A stretch of DNA of 31,418 nt from Tolypothrix carrinoi HA7290-LM1. Its GTDB lineage: Bacteria > Cyanobacteriota > Cyanobacteriia > Cyanobacteriales > Nostocaceae. The position numbers and the translations under genes are program-made. The notes beneath the pieces were generated by a model, which did no database searches, was not told where the DNA came from, and worked only from the letters and a program-made list of their open reading frames with translations. Every line of letters starts with the position of its first letter. Position 1 is the stretch's first letter. This document shows, in pieces, positions 9,494-18,517 of this stretch. Location: positions 1 through 31,418 of the forward strand of contig JAHHIK010000097.1 in the NCBI GenBank assembly GCA_019358935.1. Direction: 5' to 3'.

Positions 9494-9582
9494 GAGTTAG
9501 GTTTATGTATTTTAGCTGATGTGTTGTTCTCACCACAAAGACAAAAAACATCAAGATTTTGTCTTTTTTTTTCCTCTTGCGG

Positions 9583-10833
9583 TTATGATTTTTTAGTCTC
9601 CGGCATTGCTAGCCAAAACCAACTTAAGCCAACGGCGGCAATTCCTGCTAAGGTCATAAAGCCAATGTGATAACCTGCTGCTTTCACCAAAAAACCGCTT
9701 CCCAGGTTGCTCAATGCCGCACCAATGCCGATCGTAGTATTAATTGCTCCCTGTGCTAAATTAAATCGCCCAGTACCTTGAGTTAAATCTGCGACAACTA
9801 CCACAACTAACACCGTAAAAATACCAGATGCGATACCGTCGAGTACTTGGACTGACACTAAAAACCAGGGATTGCGGTTGAGGGTGTACAATAAAGCGCG
9901 GATTAAGACTGCGGCAAAAGCTATTAATATCAACGGCTTTCTACCCCATTTGTTGGCGGTTGTTCCTGCCCAAGTCGCAACGGGAATCATGATTAATTGT
10001 GCCACAATAACAGCCGCAGAAACGTAAAGCGAAGGGGCATTCTGTTTGCCTCCGGTTAATTCCTGACTGACTAAAGGTAGTAGCGCTGCGTTGGCTAAAT
10101 AGAACAAAATTACAGATGAGGCAAAGATGATGAGAGTGCGATCGCTCAATAAATCTTTCATACTGGCACGTTCTGTATTTTCGCGATCGTCGGCTCGTGC
10201 TTTTGTATTATCTATATCTTTTTTGCGAATCTGAAATACTGAAACAATCGTCAAAATACACAGAATGACAAAAAAGTAAAAAATCCACGCTCGTCCGACA
10301 AATTGCCCTAAAATACCAGCAACGATCGCTGCAACCACATTACCTGTATGATTCAGCGCTTCATTTCGCCCTACCCGCTTTTCTAAACGTTCTTTTCCTA
10401 CCAATCCCAAGGAAGCAGCTGCAACCGCAGGACCGACAATGACTGCGGAGATACCAATCATACCTTGAGCCGCAATCACTGCCAAGAAAGCCGGAAAATG
10501 CACAATTACCATGTAGCTGATGGCAACGGTTAAAGTCGCGATCGCTATCAGCCGTCTTTTATCGCGGGAAGCATCAACTACAGCACCCAGCGGCGTTTGT
10601 GCTAAAATTCCGGCAATGCTGGTGATTGAAATAGCAATACCTACTTGCGCCGGATTTAAGTTGCGATCGGCTGTGAGAAAGATTGCCAGGTAAGGCTCAA
10701 ATACATCTCGCACATCTCCCAAAGACAAGTTTACTCGATCTAGTGCCGCTACTGAGGAGCTTTTAGACTTGGGTTTTCCACGTTTCTGCTGACTAAAGAG
10801 CAGGTTTTTCACAACTCGTTGAAGCTTTTGCAT
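9583..10833 (-). CDS. MFS transporter
   Basis: About 12 hydrophobic segments; motifs QTPLGAVVDASRDKR, KWGRKP and DLTQGTGRFNLAQG. Confidence 0.9.
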   Translation of the reverse strand: MQKLQRVVKNLLFSQQKRGKPKSKSSSVAALDRVNLSLGDVRDVFEPYLAIFLTADRNLNPAQVGIAISITSIAGILAQTPLGAVVDASRDKRRLIAIATLTVAISYMVIVHFPAFLAVIAAQGMIGISAVIVGPAVAAASLGLVGKERLEKRVGRNEALNHTGNVVAAIVAGILGQFVGRAWIFYFFVILCILTIVSVFQIRKKDIDNTKARADDRENTERASMKDLLSDRTLIIFASSVILFYLANAALLPLVSQELTGGKQNAPSLYVSAAVIVAQLIMIPVATWAGTTANKWGRKPLILIAFAAVLIRALLYTLNRNPWFLVSVQVLDGIASGIFTVLVVVVVADLTQGTGRFNLAQGAINTTIGIGAALSNLGSGFLVKAAGYHIGFMTLAGIAAVGLSWFWLAMPETKKS

Positions 10834-11206
10834 CGTCTGCTCTTATCTTGCTTAAGAATTATTAATCACACTGTTACTTTTTATAAGATTAATCACCTCT
10901 TTCTGAAGAATTATTATTAGTAATATTTCTGAGAAATAAAAAAATATAGTCAAATTAATTACATATATTTCCCCAAAAATTGTATTTATGAGAATATACG
11001 CCTAGCCGACAGGCGCGAGATTCCGCACCTTTCAAGGTGTCGGTTAATGATTGCACCTATTGATAGAGTTTCAATCAACACTAATCTTGCTGTAGATGGA
11101 TTAAAAATAAATGATGAAATCTCCACAATAAATTTACTAAACTTAAAACTTTTTCAGTTGCTTCTTTAGATGAATACGCTCTGTCTGTTTTGCTGGAGAT
11201 GGAAAA

Positions 11207-12457
11207 ATGGTGTATATGGATAAGCGTTTGCATGTGTTTGCTAATCCAGCTACACAATTTTACGGCGATACTCCTGCTTTAGTTGAAAAGGCGCCTTTAC
11301 CGCAATGTGAAATTTCCGTGATTGTTCCGGTTCGTAATGAAGCCGAAAGTTTGCCAACAACGCTTTCGGCTTTGGCGCATCAGGTAGATTTACAAGGACA
11401 GCGGTTAGATTTCAGACGGTATGAAATAATTTTGCTACTGAATAATTGTAGTGATAATTCAGCAGCGATCGCCCGGAATTTTGCACAGCAGCATCCAGAT
11501 TTAGTATTGCACGTAGTTGAAAAAACTCTAAGAGCAACTGAAGCTTACATTGGTCGAGTGCGACAAATTTTGATGGATGAAGCGTATCGCCGCTTAATAA
11601 GTATAGGACGCAAGCGGGGAGTAATTGCTTCCACTGATGGCGATTCTCAGGTAAGCGAGACTTGGATCGCTGCGACGCTATATGAAATTAGCTGCGGTGC
11701 GGATGCGGTGGGAGGAAGAATTATCACGCTTGAGAGTGATCGCGCAACTTTAGATTCCTACGCCAAAGCTTGTCATCTGCGCGAAGTCGGCTACCGCTAC
11801 TTGATTGCAGAATTAGAAAGTTACCTTGACCCCGATCCTTATGATAGCTTTCCGCGACACTATCAACATTATGGGGCGAGTTTAGCGGTGACTGCCCAGA
11901 TGTATGCGATCGCTGGCGGTTTACCAGCCGTGCGAACACCTGAAGATGTCGCATTTTATCATGCTTTGGTGCGCGTCAATGCCCGTTTTCGCCATAGTCC
12001 GTTAGTACGGGTAGAAACTTCCGCCAGACAAATCGGACGCACCGACATTGGTTTGGCAAATCAGTTGAACGAATGGTCACAAATGGGACGACAAAAGCAA
12101 GCGTTTTTAGTAGAATCAGCAGCAGCTATTGAAACTCGTTATTCAGCGCGTCATCAGTTAAGAATCATTTGGTTTTCTGTTCTTAACGGAAAGATGCCAA
12201 CTCACATTCAATTAGCACCATTAGCTGATACTTTAGGAGTTCCAGCACAATGGCTTGTGCAAGAATTAAAACAACCATACACCTTTGGTTTGTTATTTGA
12301 GCGAGTTGAACAATGTTCAAAACAACAAGGAATTTGGCCGCAACGTTGGCAAAAAGTAGAAATTAAAACAGCAATTACCGACTTACGTCTGCGTTTAGAA
12401 AGTCTGCGTCGAAGTAACAACAAAGACGCAAATAAAGTTCCTACTTACGTATTTTAA
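11207..12457 (+). CDS. Glycosyltransferase family 2
   Basis: SVIVPVRNEA, NNCSDNS, the DxD motif STDGDS, and GASLAV..Y..AGG..EDVAF..VETSAR. Confidence 0.9.
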   Translation: MVYMDKRLHVFANPATQFYGDTPALVEKAPLPQCEISVIVPVRNEAESLPTTLSALAHQVDLQGQRLDFRRYEIILLLNNCSDNSAAIARNFAQQHPDLVLHVVEKTLRATEAYIGRVRQILMDEAYRRLISIGRKRGVIASTDGDSQVSETWIAATLYEISCGADAVGGRIITLESDRATLDSYAKACHLREVGYRYLIAELESYLDPDPYDSFPRHYQHYGASLAVTAQMYAIAGGLPAVRTPEDVAFYHALVRVNARFRHSPLVRVETSARQIGRTDIGLANQLNEWSQMGRQKQAFLVESAAAIETRYSARHQLRIIWFSVLNGKMPTHIQLAPLADTLGVPAQWLVQELKQPYTFGLLFERVEQCSKQQGIWPQRWQKVEIKTAITDLRLRLESLRRSNNKDANKVPTYVF

Positions 12458-12509
12458 AGATGTAGTACAAAACAGCTAAGTAGGTAGGTGCAAATAATTA
12501 TAAAATAGG

Positions 12510-12565
12510 GTAGGGTGCGTTATAACGTTCGCTCTTAGCGTTCCCGAAGGGTAGTTTAACGCACC
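12510..12565. repeat. REP-like hairpin GTAGGGTGCGTTA..TAACGCACC with a ~25-bp double-hairpin insert (12528-12552)
   Basis: Arms match the 5781-5860 family; the insert is TTCGCTCTTAGCGTTCCCGAAGGGT. Confidence 0.65.
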
Positions 12566-12568
12566 ATT

Positions 12569-12640
12569 GGCGATTCTATTCGTCTCATTAGTGCAAGACA
12601 AGTAACACGAGCCGAGCGACAAGCCTATGAAGAGGGATGA
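12569..12640 (+). pseudogene. C-terminal remnant of a BrnT-family toxin
   Basis: Reads GDSIRLISARQVTRAERQAYEEG*, containing the IRLISAR motif. Its stop overlaps the antitoxin ORF. No start codon; it abuts a REP. Confidence 0.8.
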
Positions 12641-12893
12641 GCCAGAAATGGAAGAAGATGAGCTTCGGTTAGAGTATGATTTAAAGAGTCTGCGGGTCAG
12701 ACGGTTAGGTTCTGGACGAAAGAGTTTTGGCGAGATTGTTCGCCTAGAACCTGATGTTGCAGAAATGTTTCCCAATGCAGATGCTGTCAATGAGGCTTTA
12801 CGGTTTCTGCTCAGAGTAATGCAGGAAAACAAACCTCCTAGCCCAAAAACGCAGCATAATAACTCGGTGCAGCAAACAGACGAAAGCTTTTAG
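12627..12893 (+). CDS. BrnA-like antitoxin (orphaned)
   Basis: DELRLEYDL..VRLEPDVAEMFPNADAVNEALRFL, positioned directly after the BrnT remnant. Confidence 0.8.
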   Translation: MKRDEPEMEEDELRLEYDLKSLRVRRLGSGRKSFGEIVRLEPDVAEMFPNADAVNEALRFLLRVMQENKPPSPKTQHNNSVQQTDESF

Positions 12894-12933
12894 TAGTCTG
12901 TTGCATTAATGCAGTGAGCCATTCATCGCTCAA

Positions 12934-14217
12934 TTACTGCGAAATATCAACTTCATCAGTTAAAGGAATAAAAAATAACGTTAACATTCCCGGAATTGTC
13001 AGCAAAACAACAACGATAAAAAACAATTGATATCCCATCCATTGTTGAAGATAACCGCTAATAAATCCGGGTAACATCATTCCTAAAGCCATCAATCCGG
13101 TAGAAATAGCAAAGTGAGAAGTTTTGTATTCATTCTTTGCCAAATACATCAAATACACGCTATATGCAGCCGTGCCGATGCCATAGCCAAATTGTTCTAC
13201 GCTAATTAAAAGATAAACTAATTGTATTTGCGGCTGCGTGTAAGCCATATAAACGTAAAATATATTGGGTAAATTTAAAGCTAAAGCCATCGGGAAAAGG
13301 CATCTTTTAATACCATAGCGTTCAATTAAAATTCCCCCAAGAATTCCGCCGACAATTAAGGCGATTGAGCCAAATGTACCATATGTCAAGCCGACAACAG
13401 ATGTTGAAAGACCTAATCCGCCAACTTGTGTTTCATCTAATAAGAAAGGTGGCGTGATTTTGACTAGCATCGCTTCGCCAAATCGATATAATACAATGAA
13501 GGCGACAATTACCCAGATTTTTTCTTGGGTAAAGTATGCTTTGATTATTTGTGTGTAAGATTTATTTTTGAGAGTTACAGAGTTGCTAATTTCCGGATTT
13601 GGTAAGGCGAATTGGTGGAAAATGAAAATAGCCGCAAATATCAAAGCTGTGAGAGCGATCGCTAAACTCCAACTTGAAGTAACATTCAAAAGGGATATTT
13701 GTAACTTTCCTGCCCAAAATACTAAAACACCTGAGCTAAAAATTGCCGCCAGTCTGTAAAATACAGAACGAATTCCCACAAAAAAAGCTTGTTTTTCTTC
13801 AGATAAGGCAAGCAGATAAAATCCATCGGCGGCGATGTCATGGGTGGCAGAAATAAAGGCGATTATAGTTAAGGCAAATAATGAGATAAAAAAGAAGTTT
13901 GCTGATTGTAAGGATAAGGCTAAACCTGCTAAACAGCACGCCATTGTTAATTGTGTGTAGAGAACCCAGTTTCTTTTAGTTGAGTAAAGGTCAACTAATG
14001 GTCCCCAAAACATTTTAATTACCCAAGGTAGGTAAAGAAAGCTTGTCCAAAAGGCAATTTGAGCGTTGTCTATGCCGAGGTTTTTGTAGAATATAACGGA
14101 AACGTTGTTAACTAGGACGTAAGGTAAGCCTGCGGCAAAGTAAAGGGTGGGGACATAAAGCCAAGGGGAAGGAAATGTTGATTTTTGTATGGTTAGTTGA
14201 ATGGGGTTTTTATTCAT
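12934..14217 (-). CDS. MFS transporter, AmpG-like permease
   Basis: LYFAAGLPY, LPWVIKMFWGPLVD, SATHDIAADGFY and YRFGEAML motifs typical of the AmpG family. Confidence 0.88.
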   Translation of the reverse strand: MNKNPIQLTIQKSTFPSPWLYVPTLYFAAGLPYVLVNNVSVIFYKNLGIDNAQIAFWTSFLYLPWVIKMFWGPLVDLYSTKRNWVLYTQLTMACCLAGLALSLQSANFFFISLFALTIIAFISATHDIAADGFYLLALSEEKQAFFVGIRSVFYRLAAIFSSGVLVFWAGKLQISLLNVTSSWSLAIALTALIFAAIFIFHQFALPNPEISNSVTLKNKSYTQIIKAYFTQEKIWVIVAFIVLYRFGEAMLVKITPPFLLDETQVGGLGLSTSVVGLTYGTFGSIALIVGGILGGILIERYGIKRCLFPMALALNLPNIFYVYMAYTQPQIQLVYLLISVEQFGYGIGTAAYSVYLMYLAKNEYKTSHFAISTGLMALGMMLPGFISGYLQQWMGYQLFFIVVVLLTIPGMLTLFFIPLTDEVDISQ

Positions 14218-14226
14218 TGAGGAGTT

Positions 14227-14303
14227 ACGAACCGCAGAGAAGCCAGCGCCGTGCGGGGGTTCCCCCCCGTTGAGGCGACTGGCGCGACGCTGAGGACGCA
14301 GAG
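14227..14303. repeat. Composite short dispersed repeat, copy 2
   Basis: Matches 3955-4030, including the insertion junctions. Confidence 0.75.
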
Positions 14304-14329
14304 AGGGAGGAGAGTATGAGGGGTTATTT

Positions 14330-15916
14330 TTAGGTATGTAAATGTTGAATTAAGTCGAAGTTTCCTTGACGCAATGTTTCGGGATTTGGCATTTTGTTTA
14401 AGCGCATTAGTTCGGTAATAGCTGCGGTTTCGGTGTCGCGCTGGCTGGTGGCTGCTGCTAATACTTGGTTGTCTTTGATGTAGAATACGATAAATTCGCG
14501 TTTTTGTAAGTCGCCATCGATAATAATTTCATCCCATTGTTCTGCGTGTCCGACGTAGCGTAGGGGAAAGTCAAATTGCATTGTCCAAAAAACAGGTACT
14601 GTTTTGAATTTGATTGATTTTCCTAGCATATTGTAAGCGGCAATGCGTCCTTGTTGGGCGGCAATGCGCCAGTGTTCTACGCGAATTTTCTCATTTGTGC
14701 GCTCGTCTGGAAAGCGGGCAATGTCACCTGCTGCATACAAGTTATCGGCAGCGCGAAGATATTCATCTACTGGTATACTTTTGTCTTTGGGGTGCAAGTC
14801 TACACCAGAGAGAATTTGAGTTGCAGGTTGTACGCCTATGCCTACGACAACTATATCAGCTTCAAGGCGTTGGTTATTATCTAAAATTACTGCTTCAACT
14901 TTGCTGTTTCCGATTAATTTAGTGACTTTTCTACCAAATTGAAAGCTGACACCGTTTTCTTCATGGACTTGTTGAAATAAGTGTCCTATTTCTTCGCCCA
15001 ATATTTTTTTGAAAGGTAGAGAATCTGGTGAGATTACTGTTACTTTGACGTTTTTTTGGGTAAGACCAGAAGCGGTTTCCATGCCAATAAAACTTGAGCC
15101 GATGACTACAGCTTGCTTGGCTTGTTGGGCAGATGCTAGAATGCGATCGCTATCTGCAAAGCTGCGTAAGGTAAAGACGTTTTCTAAATCTGCACCTTCA
15201 ACTTCTAGCTGTTTTGGTTTTCCACCTGTGGCTAACAGTAGAGCATCGTAACTGAGGGTTTCACCATCCTCAAAGGTGATTTTTTTTGCTTTGGCATCAA
15301 CGTTGGTCGCCTGTTTGTTTAACAAAACCTCGATATTATGCTGTTTGTAAAACTCCGGCGTTCTCAGTGGTACTTGTTCTTTGGGAACATCACCGTTGAA
15401 ATAATCTTTGCTTAATACAGTGCGATCGTAAGGTAGTTGATCTTCACGAGTAATCATGAGGATGCGTCCTTGATAACCGGCAGTTCTCAAGGTTTCTGCT
15501 GCATGGGCACCAGCTGCACCCGCTCCTAAAATGATAAATGTGCGTGAATCGACATTGGGATTGTATGATGCCATTGCAGGGGTTCTCAATCCAGATGCTT
15601 TTTCTGGTACGCTGACAATGACATTTTCGCCTTCGATTCTGACTTGATAACAAGGCAAAGAATCTAATCCCGGTGGCTCTTGCTGGTCGCCTGTGGTGAT
15701 ATTAAAATAAGCATTATGCCAGGGACAAACGATGTTGTTACCACTTAAGACTCCTTCTGCTAACGGTGCTTGGTAGTGCGTGCAAAATGCTCCAACAGCG
15801 TGAAAATTTTGATTAACGCGAATCAGCAATACGTCCGTGTCACCTACAGAAACCTGCCGTTTTTCGCCATCCTGCAAATCATTAACTTTGGCAACGACTG
15901 CTTCAATCTGCTGCAT
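14330..15916 (-). CDS. Rieske [2Fe-2S] domain fused to an FAD/NAD(P)H oxidoreductase (AIFM3-like)
   Basis: CTHY..CPWH Rieske ligands; GAGAAG, ATGG, GSSFIG, AAGDIA and EHW motifs. Confidence 0.92.
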   Translation of the reverse strand: MQQIEAVVAKVNDLQDGEKRQVSVGDTDVLLIRVNQNFHAVGAFCTHYQAPLAEGVLSGNNIVCPWHNAYFNITTGDQQEPPGLDSLPCYQVRIEGENVIVSVPEKASGLRTPAMASYNPNVDSRTFIILGAGAAGAHAAETLRTAGYQGRILMITREDQLPYDRTVLSKDYFNGDVPKEQVPLRTPEFYKQHNIEVLLNKQATNVDAKAKKITFEDGETLSYDALLLATGGKPKQLEVEGADLENVFTLRSFADSDRILASAQQAKQAVVIGSSFIGMETASGLTQKNVKVTVISPDSLPFKKILGEEIGHLFQQVHEENGVSFQFGRKVTKLIGNSKVEAVILDNNQRLEADIVVVGIGVQPATQILSGVDLHPKDKSIPVDEYLRAADNLYAAGDIARFPDERTNEKIRVEHWRIAAQQGRIAAYNMLGKSIKFKTVPVFWTMQFDFPLRYVGHAEQWDEIIIDGDLQKREFIVFYIKDNQVLAAATSQRDTETAAITELMRLNKMPNPETLRQGNFDLIQHLHT

Positions 15917-16177
15917 AGAATTTTTGCTGATAATATAACACGATTTCTAAAGTAAACTGCAATCAGTAAGTCATTCCTCGGTCATAAGGAAGAAATTTCA
16001 TCGTTGAGGAGTAACATTGAGAAAATCTTTTTCTCACGAGTTAGCTGTATTAATTCTCGTGATAAGCTTGCACTAGAGCATTTATTCTCAAATCAGATGA
16101 ATAGTCTCCCGCATCCGAAAAGAGAATTGATATTAGTCACGCATTGCACAAATCCATAACGAATTAAACTTGAAAAA

Positions 16178-16230
16178 ACTCTGCGTACCTCTGCGATTAC
16201 TCCGCGTTACTCTGCGTTTAAAAACGCTAC
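16178..16230. repeat. CTCTGCG-type short dispersed repeat (uninterrupted copy)
   Basis: CTCTGCGTACCTCTGCGATTACTCCGCGTTACTCTGCGTTTAAAAACGCTA; an interrupted relative lies at 21418-21673. Confidence 0.65.
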
Positions 16231-16288
16231 GATTTTACGATGATGCTGTACTTATAAATTTGTATTAACACAAAATAAAGATGATAAA

Positions 16289-17578
16289 TCAAACTCGCTC
16301 AAATAAATCAAGTCGATATTGTTCCTCGCGTTGACTTTTTAAATGTCGTAATTTATTCGGGGTTAACTCCATAAATGAATCGTGAACTTGATCGCCATTT
16401 AAAGGATAATCACGCGCATACTTTGTCCAATGAACTAAAAGCAAATGTCCTCCTGGTTCCAAATGTTCTAAAATGCACTGCTTGGCTTTTTGCAAATCTG
16501 ACCAGCACCAGTAATATCCAACTTCTGACACTAAAACTAAATCAAACATTTCCTCAGGATACTGTTCTGGTAAACGCATGATTTGAAAGCGTACCTGCTT
16601 TAAGTGCTGACAGCGCTGTATTGCTTTTTCTTGAGCTAGCTTTGATACATCAATTGAAAGCAAAGAGTCACATAAAGATGCTAGCTTCTCTGTTAAAACG
16701 CCAATTGAACCACCAATTTCAAAAGCAGATTTATAGCGTTTCGGTAAAGCAGCGATTGTGGCAGTATATTTCTTCGCTTCGTATTCGCTGGTTTCAAATT
16801 TCCACGGATCGGGGTCAGTACCGTAAAGTGCTTCAAAATAACTTGGAGGAAGCGATCGCTTTTCTATCTCTAATAATTTTTTCGGCTTGGGGATACTTGC
16901 AGTGTTCAAAGCTTCGACAAAGTTATCAAAATTTACAAAGTCTTCGATAATCTGTTCAACTCCCGCATCCTGCAAAATTATTTTTTGTTCACCGCTAGCG
17001 ACACCGACAAAATTTAGTTGCAGCTGCACAGCAGTTAAAACATCCCAAATTCCATCACCGATACAAACAATTTTTTCAAAATCTGATTCAGCATATAACG
17101 CTTTCGCTCTGGATATTGCGGTTTTGACAATATCTTCACGAGAAATACCATCATCAGCAGACGCAATCGGCAATTGTCCAACATCCAACTTTGCACTATC
17201 TAGTTTCATGCAAGCTGATGCACTCCATCCTCCAGTTGCCAACGCGATCGCCCAATCTTCTGTTTCTCGCAATCTCCGCAACATTACGGTTGCTCCAGGT
17301 ATTTCCGCAAACAATGTATTATCTGTTGTATATTGTTCTTGCAACAAATCGACAAAGCGATGCTGAAGCCGAGATAATTCACTTTCTTCGGGAACACGTC
17401 CGAGAAACTCCTGAAAAATCTGCAAAGTTATCCCAGAATCCGTTGTGTGTCCGTAACTAGCCCAGTCCGTGTTAATATCTTCAATGCCATTAAGAGCAAA
17501 CGCTTTCACAAAGCACTGAGTATCAACATCATTTGTTTTAGTTAGCGTTCCATCAATATCAAAAATTGCTAATTTCAT
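16289..17578 (-). CDS. Fusion of a HAD-family hydrolase (N-terminal) and a NodS-like SAM-dependent methyltransferase (C-terminal)
   Basis: HAD motifs FDIDGTL, ATGG and IGDGIWD. NodS-like motifs YFEALY..DPDPWKF..EYE..KY, FEIGGSIG, SEVGYY and LLVHW. Confidence 0.88.
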   Translation of the reverse strand: MKLAIFDIDGTLTKTNDVDTQCFVKAFALNGIEDINTDWASYGHTTDSGITLQIFQEFLGRVPEESELSRLQHRFVDLLQEQYTTDNTLFAEIPGATVMLRRLRETEDWAIALATGGWSASACMKLDSAKLDVGQLPIASADDGISREDIVKTAISRAKALYAESDFEKIVCIGDGIWDVLTAVQLQLNFVGVASGEQKIILQDAGVEQIIEDFVNFDNFVEALNTASIPKPKKLLEIEKRSLPPSYFEALYGTDPDPWKFETSEYEAKKYTATIAALPKRYKSAFEIGGSIGVLTEKLASLCDSLLSIDVSKLAQEKAIQRCQHLKQVRFQIMRLPEQYPEEMFDLVLVSEVGYYWCWSDLQKAKQCILEHLEPGGHLLLVHWTKYARDYPLNGDQVHDSFMELTPNKLRHLKSQREEQYRLDLFERV

Positions 17579-17603
17579 TAAAACCTTTAATTTTCAACTT
17601 CTA

Positions 17604-17696
17604 TAGGACTTACGCAAAAAACCTCTCAAATCCTCATTTCTCTGTGTTCTCTGTGCCTCTGCGGTTCGTTTTTGTGTGATTGCTGCGTAAGTCCTG
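17604..17696. mobile_element. 93-bp MITE with AGGACTTACGCA terminal inverted repeats and a 5-bp target duplication
   Basis: TIRs at 17605-17616 and 17684-17695; TTCTA duplicated at 17599-17603 and 17697-17701. Confidence 0.88.
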
Positions 17697-18416
17697 TTCT
17701 AAATAAACTTCCCAAGGACGGGTGAAATTCAAAAGCATTTCTGGTGTCAGACGAAAACCTTCGGGATCGTCATCAATTAAATTGGTGATTTGCGAACGAT
17801 AACAAGCGATCGCCTGTTTTTTCAACTCTACCACCGCAGCAATATCCAGACGCCAACTTGTTACTTTTTCCGATTCTGTCAAGGTTCCCCGTTGCTGTGG
17901 GTCCCAATCCCAGATAGGATATTCAATAATGCGCGGTGATAAATTTAAGTTACCCAAAGCAGTGTAAATTAACTTTGAAGTTGCTCGGTGGTCAGAGTGA
18001 GGATCGTACCGCCAAGGTAAAAAGATAATTTGCGGCGCAATTTCTCTTAAATAAGCACTACAACTTGCTATTGCACTAATATATTGTGTTGAAATTGACC
18101 CATCTTGCAGTCCGCAAAATGTTACGTTATCGGGATTAACGCCTAACTTACTCAAAGCTTCTAGCGTTTCGCTTTCACGTAATGCCTGTAATAAAGGTGC
18201 GGGATACTTCTGAGAATTAGGGTGAGAAAGCGTACCGTTACTGATAACTAAAACGCGGACATCGCAATTGAGAGAACGTAAAAGAGCGATCGCACCACCA
18301 CAACCCAACGTTTCATCATCGGGATGAGGTGCAACAATTAGCACCGGACTATAAGCAATTTCCTTGATAGACCGACAAGGCAAAACATCAGGATTAGTTA
18401 GCGGTGATGCAGTCAT
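17634..18416 (-). CDS. PIG-L/LmbE family deacetylase (C-terminal tail supplied by the MITE)
   Basis: APHPDDETLGCGG, DPHSDH and KKQAIACYRSQI. Confidence 0.93.
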   Translation of the reverse strand: MTASPLTNPDVLPCRSIKEIAYSPVLIVAPHPDDETLGCGGAIALLRSLNCDVRVLVISNGTLSHPNSQKYPAPLLQALRESETLEALSKLGVNPDNVTFCGLQDGSISTQYISAIASCSAYLREIAPQIIFLPWRYDPHSDHRATSKLIYTALGNLNLSPRIIEYPIWDWDPQQRGTLTESEKVTSWRLDIAAVVELKKQAIACYRSQITNLIDDDPEGFRLTPEMLLNFTRPWEVYLEQDLRSNHTKTNRRGTENTEK

Positions 18417-18461
18417 ATCATATTCGGTTAATTAACCACTAATAAAAACATCGCAATCCTC

Positions 18462-18490
18462 GTAGAGACGTTCCATCGGAACGTCTCTAC
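18462..18490. repeat. REP-like hairpin GTAGAGACGTTCCATCGGAACGTCTCTAC
   Basis: Perfect 13-bp stem in the intergenic space between the ACAD-like and PIG-L genes. Confidence 0.8.
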
Positions 18491-18517
18491 AATATACGTA
18501 ATAAGCCTGTCATGATA

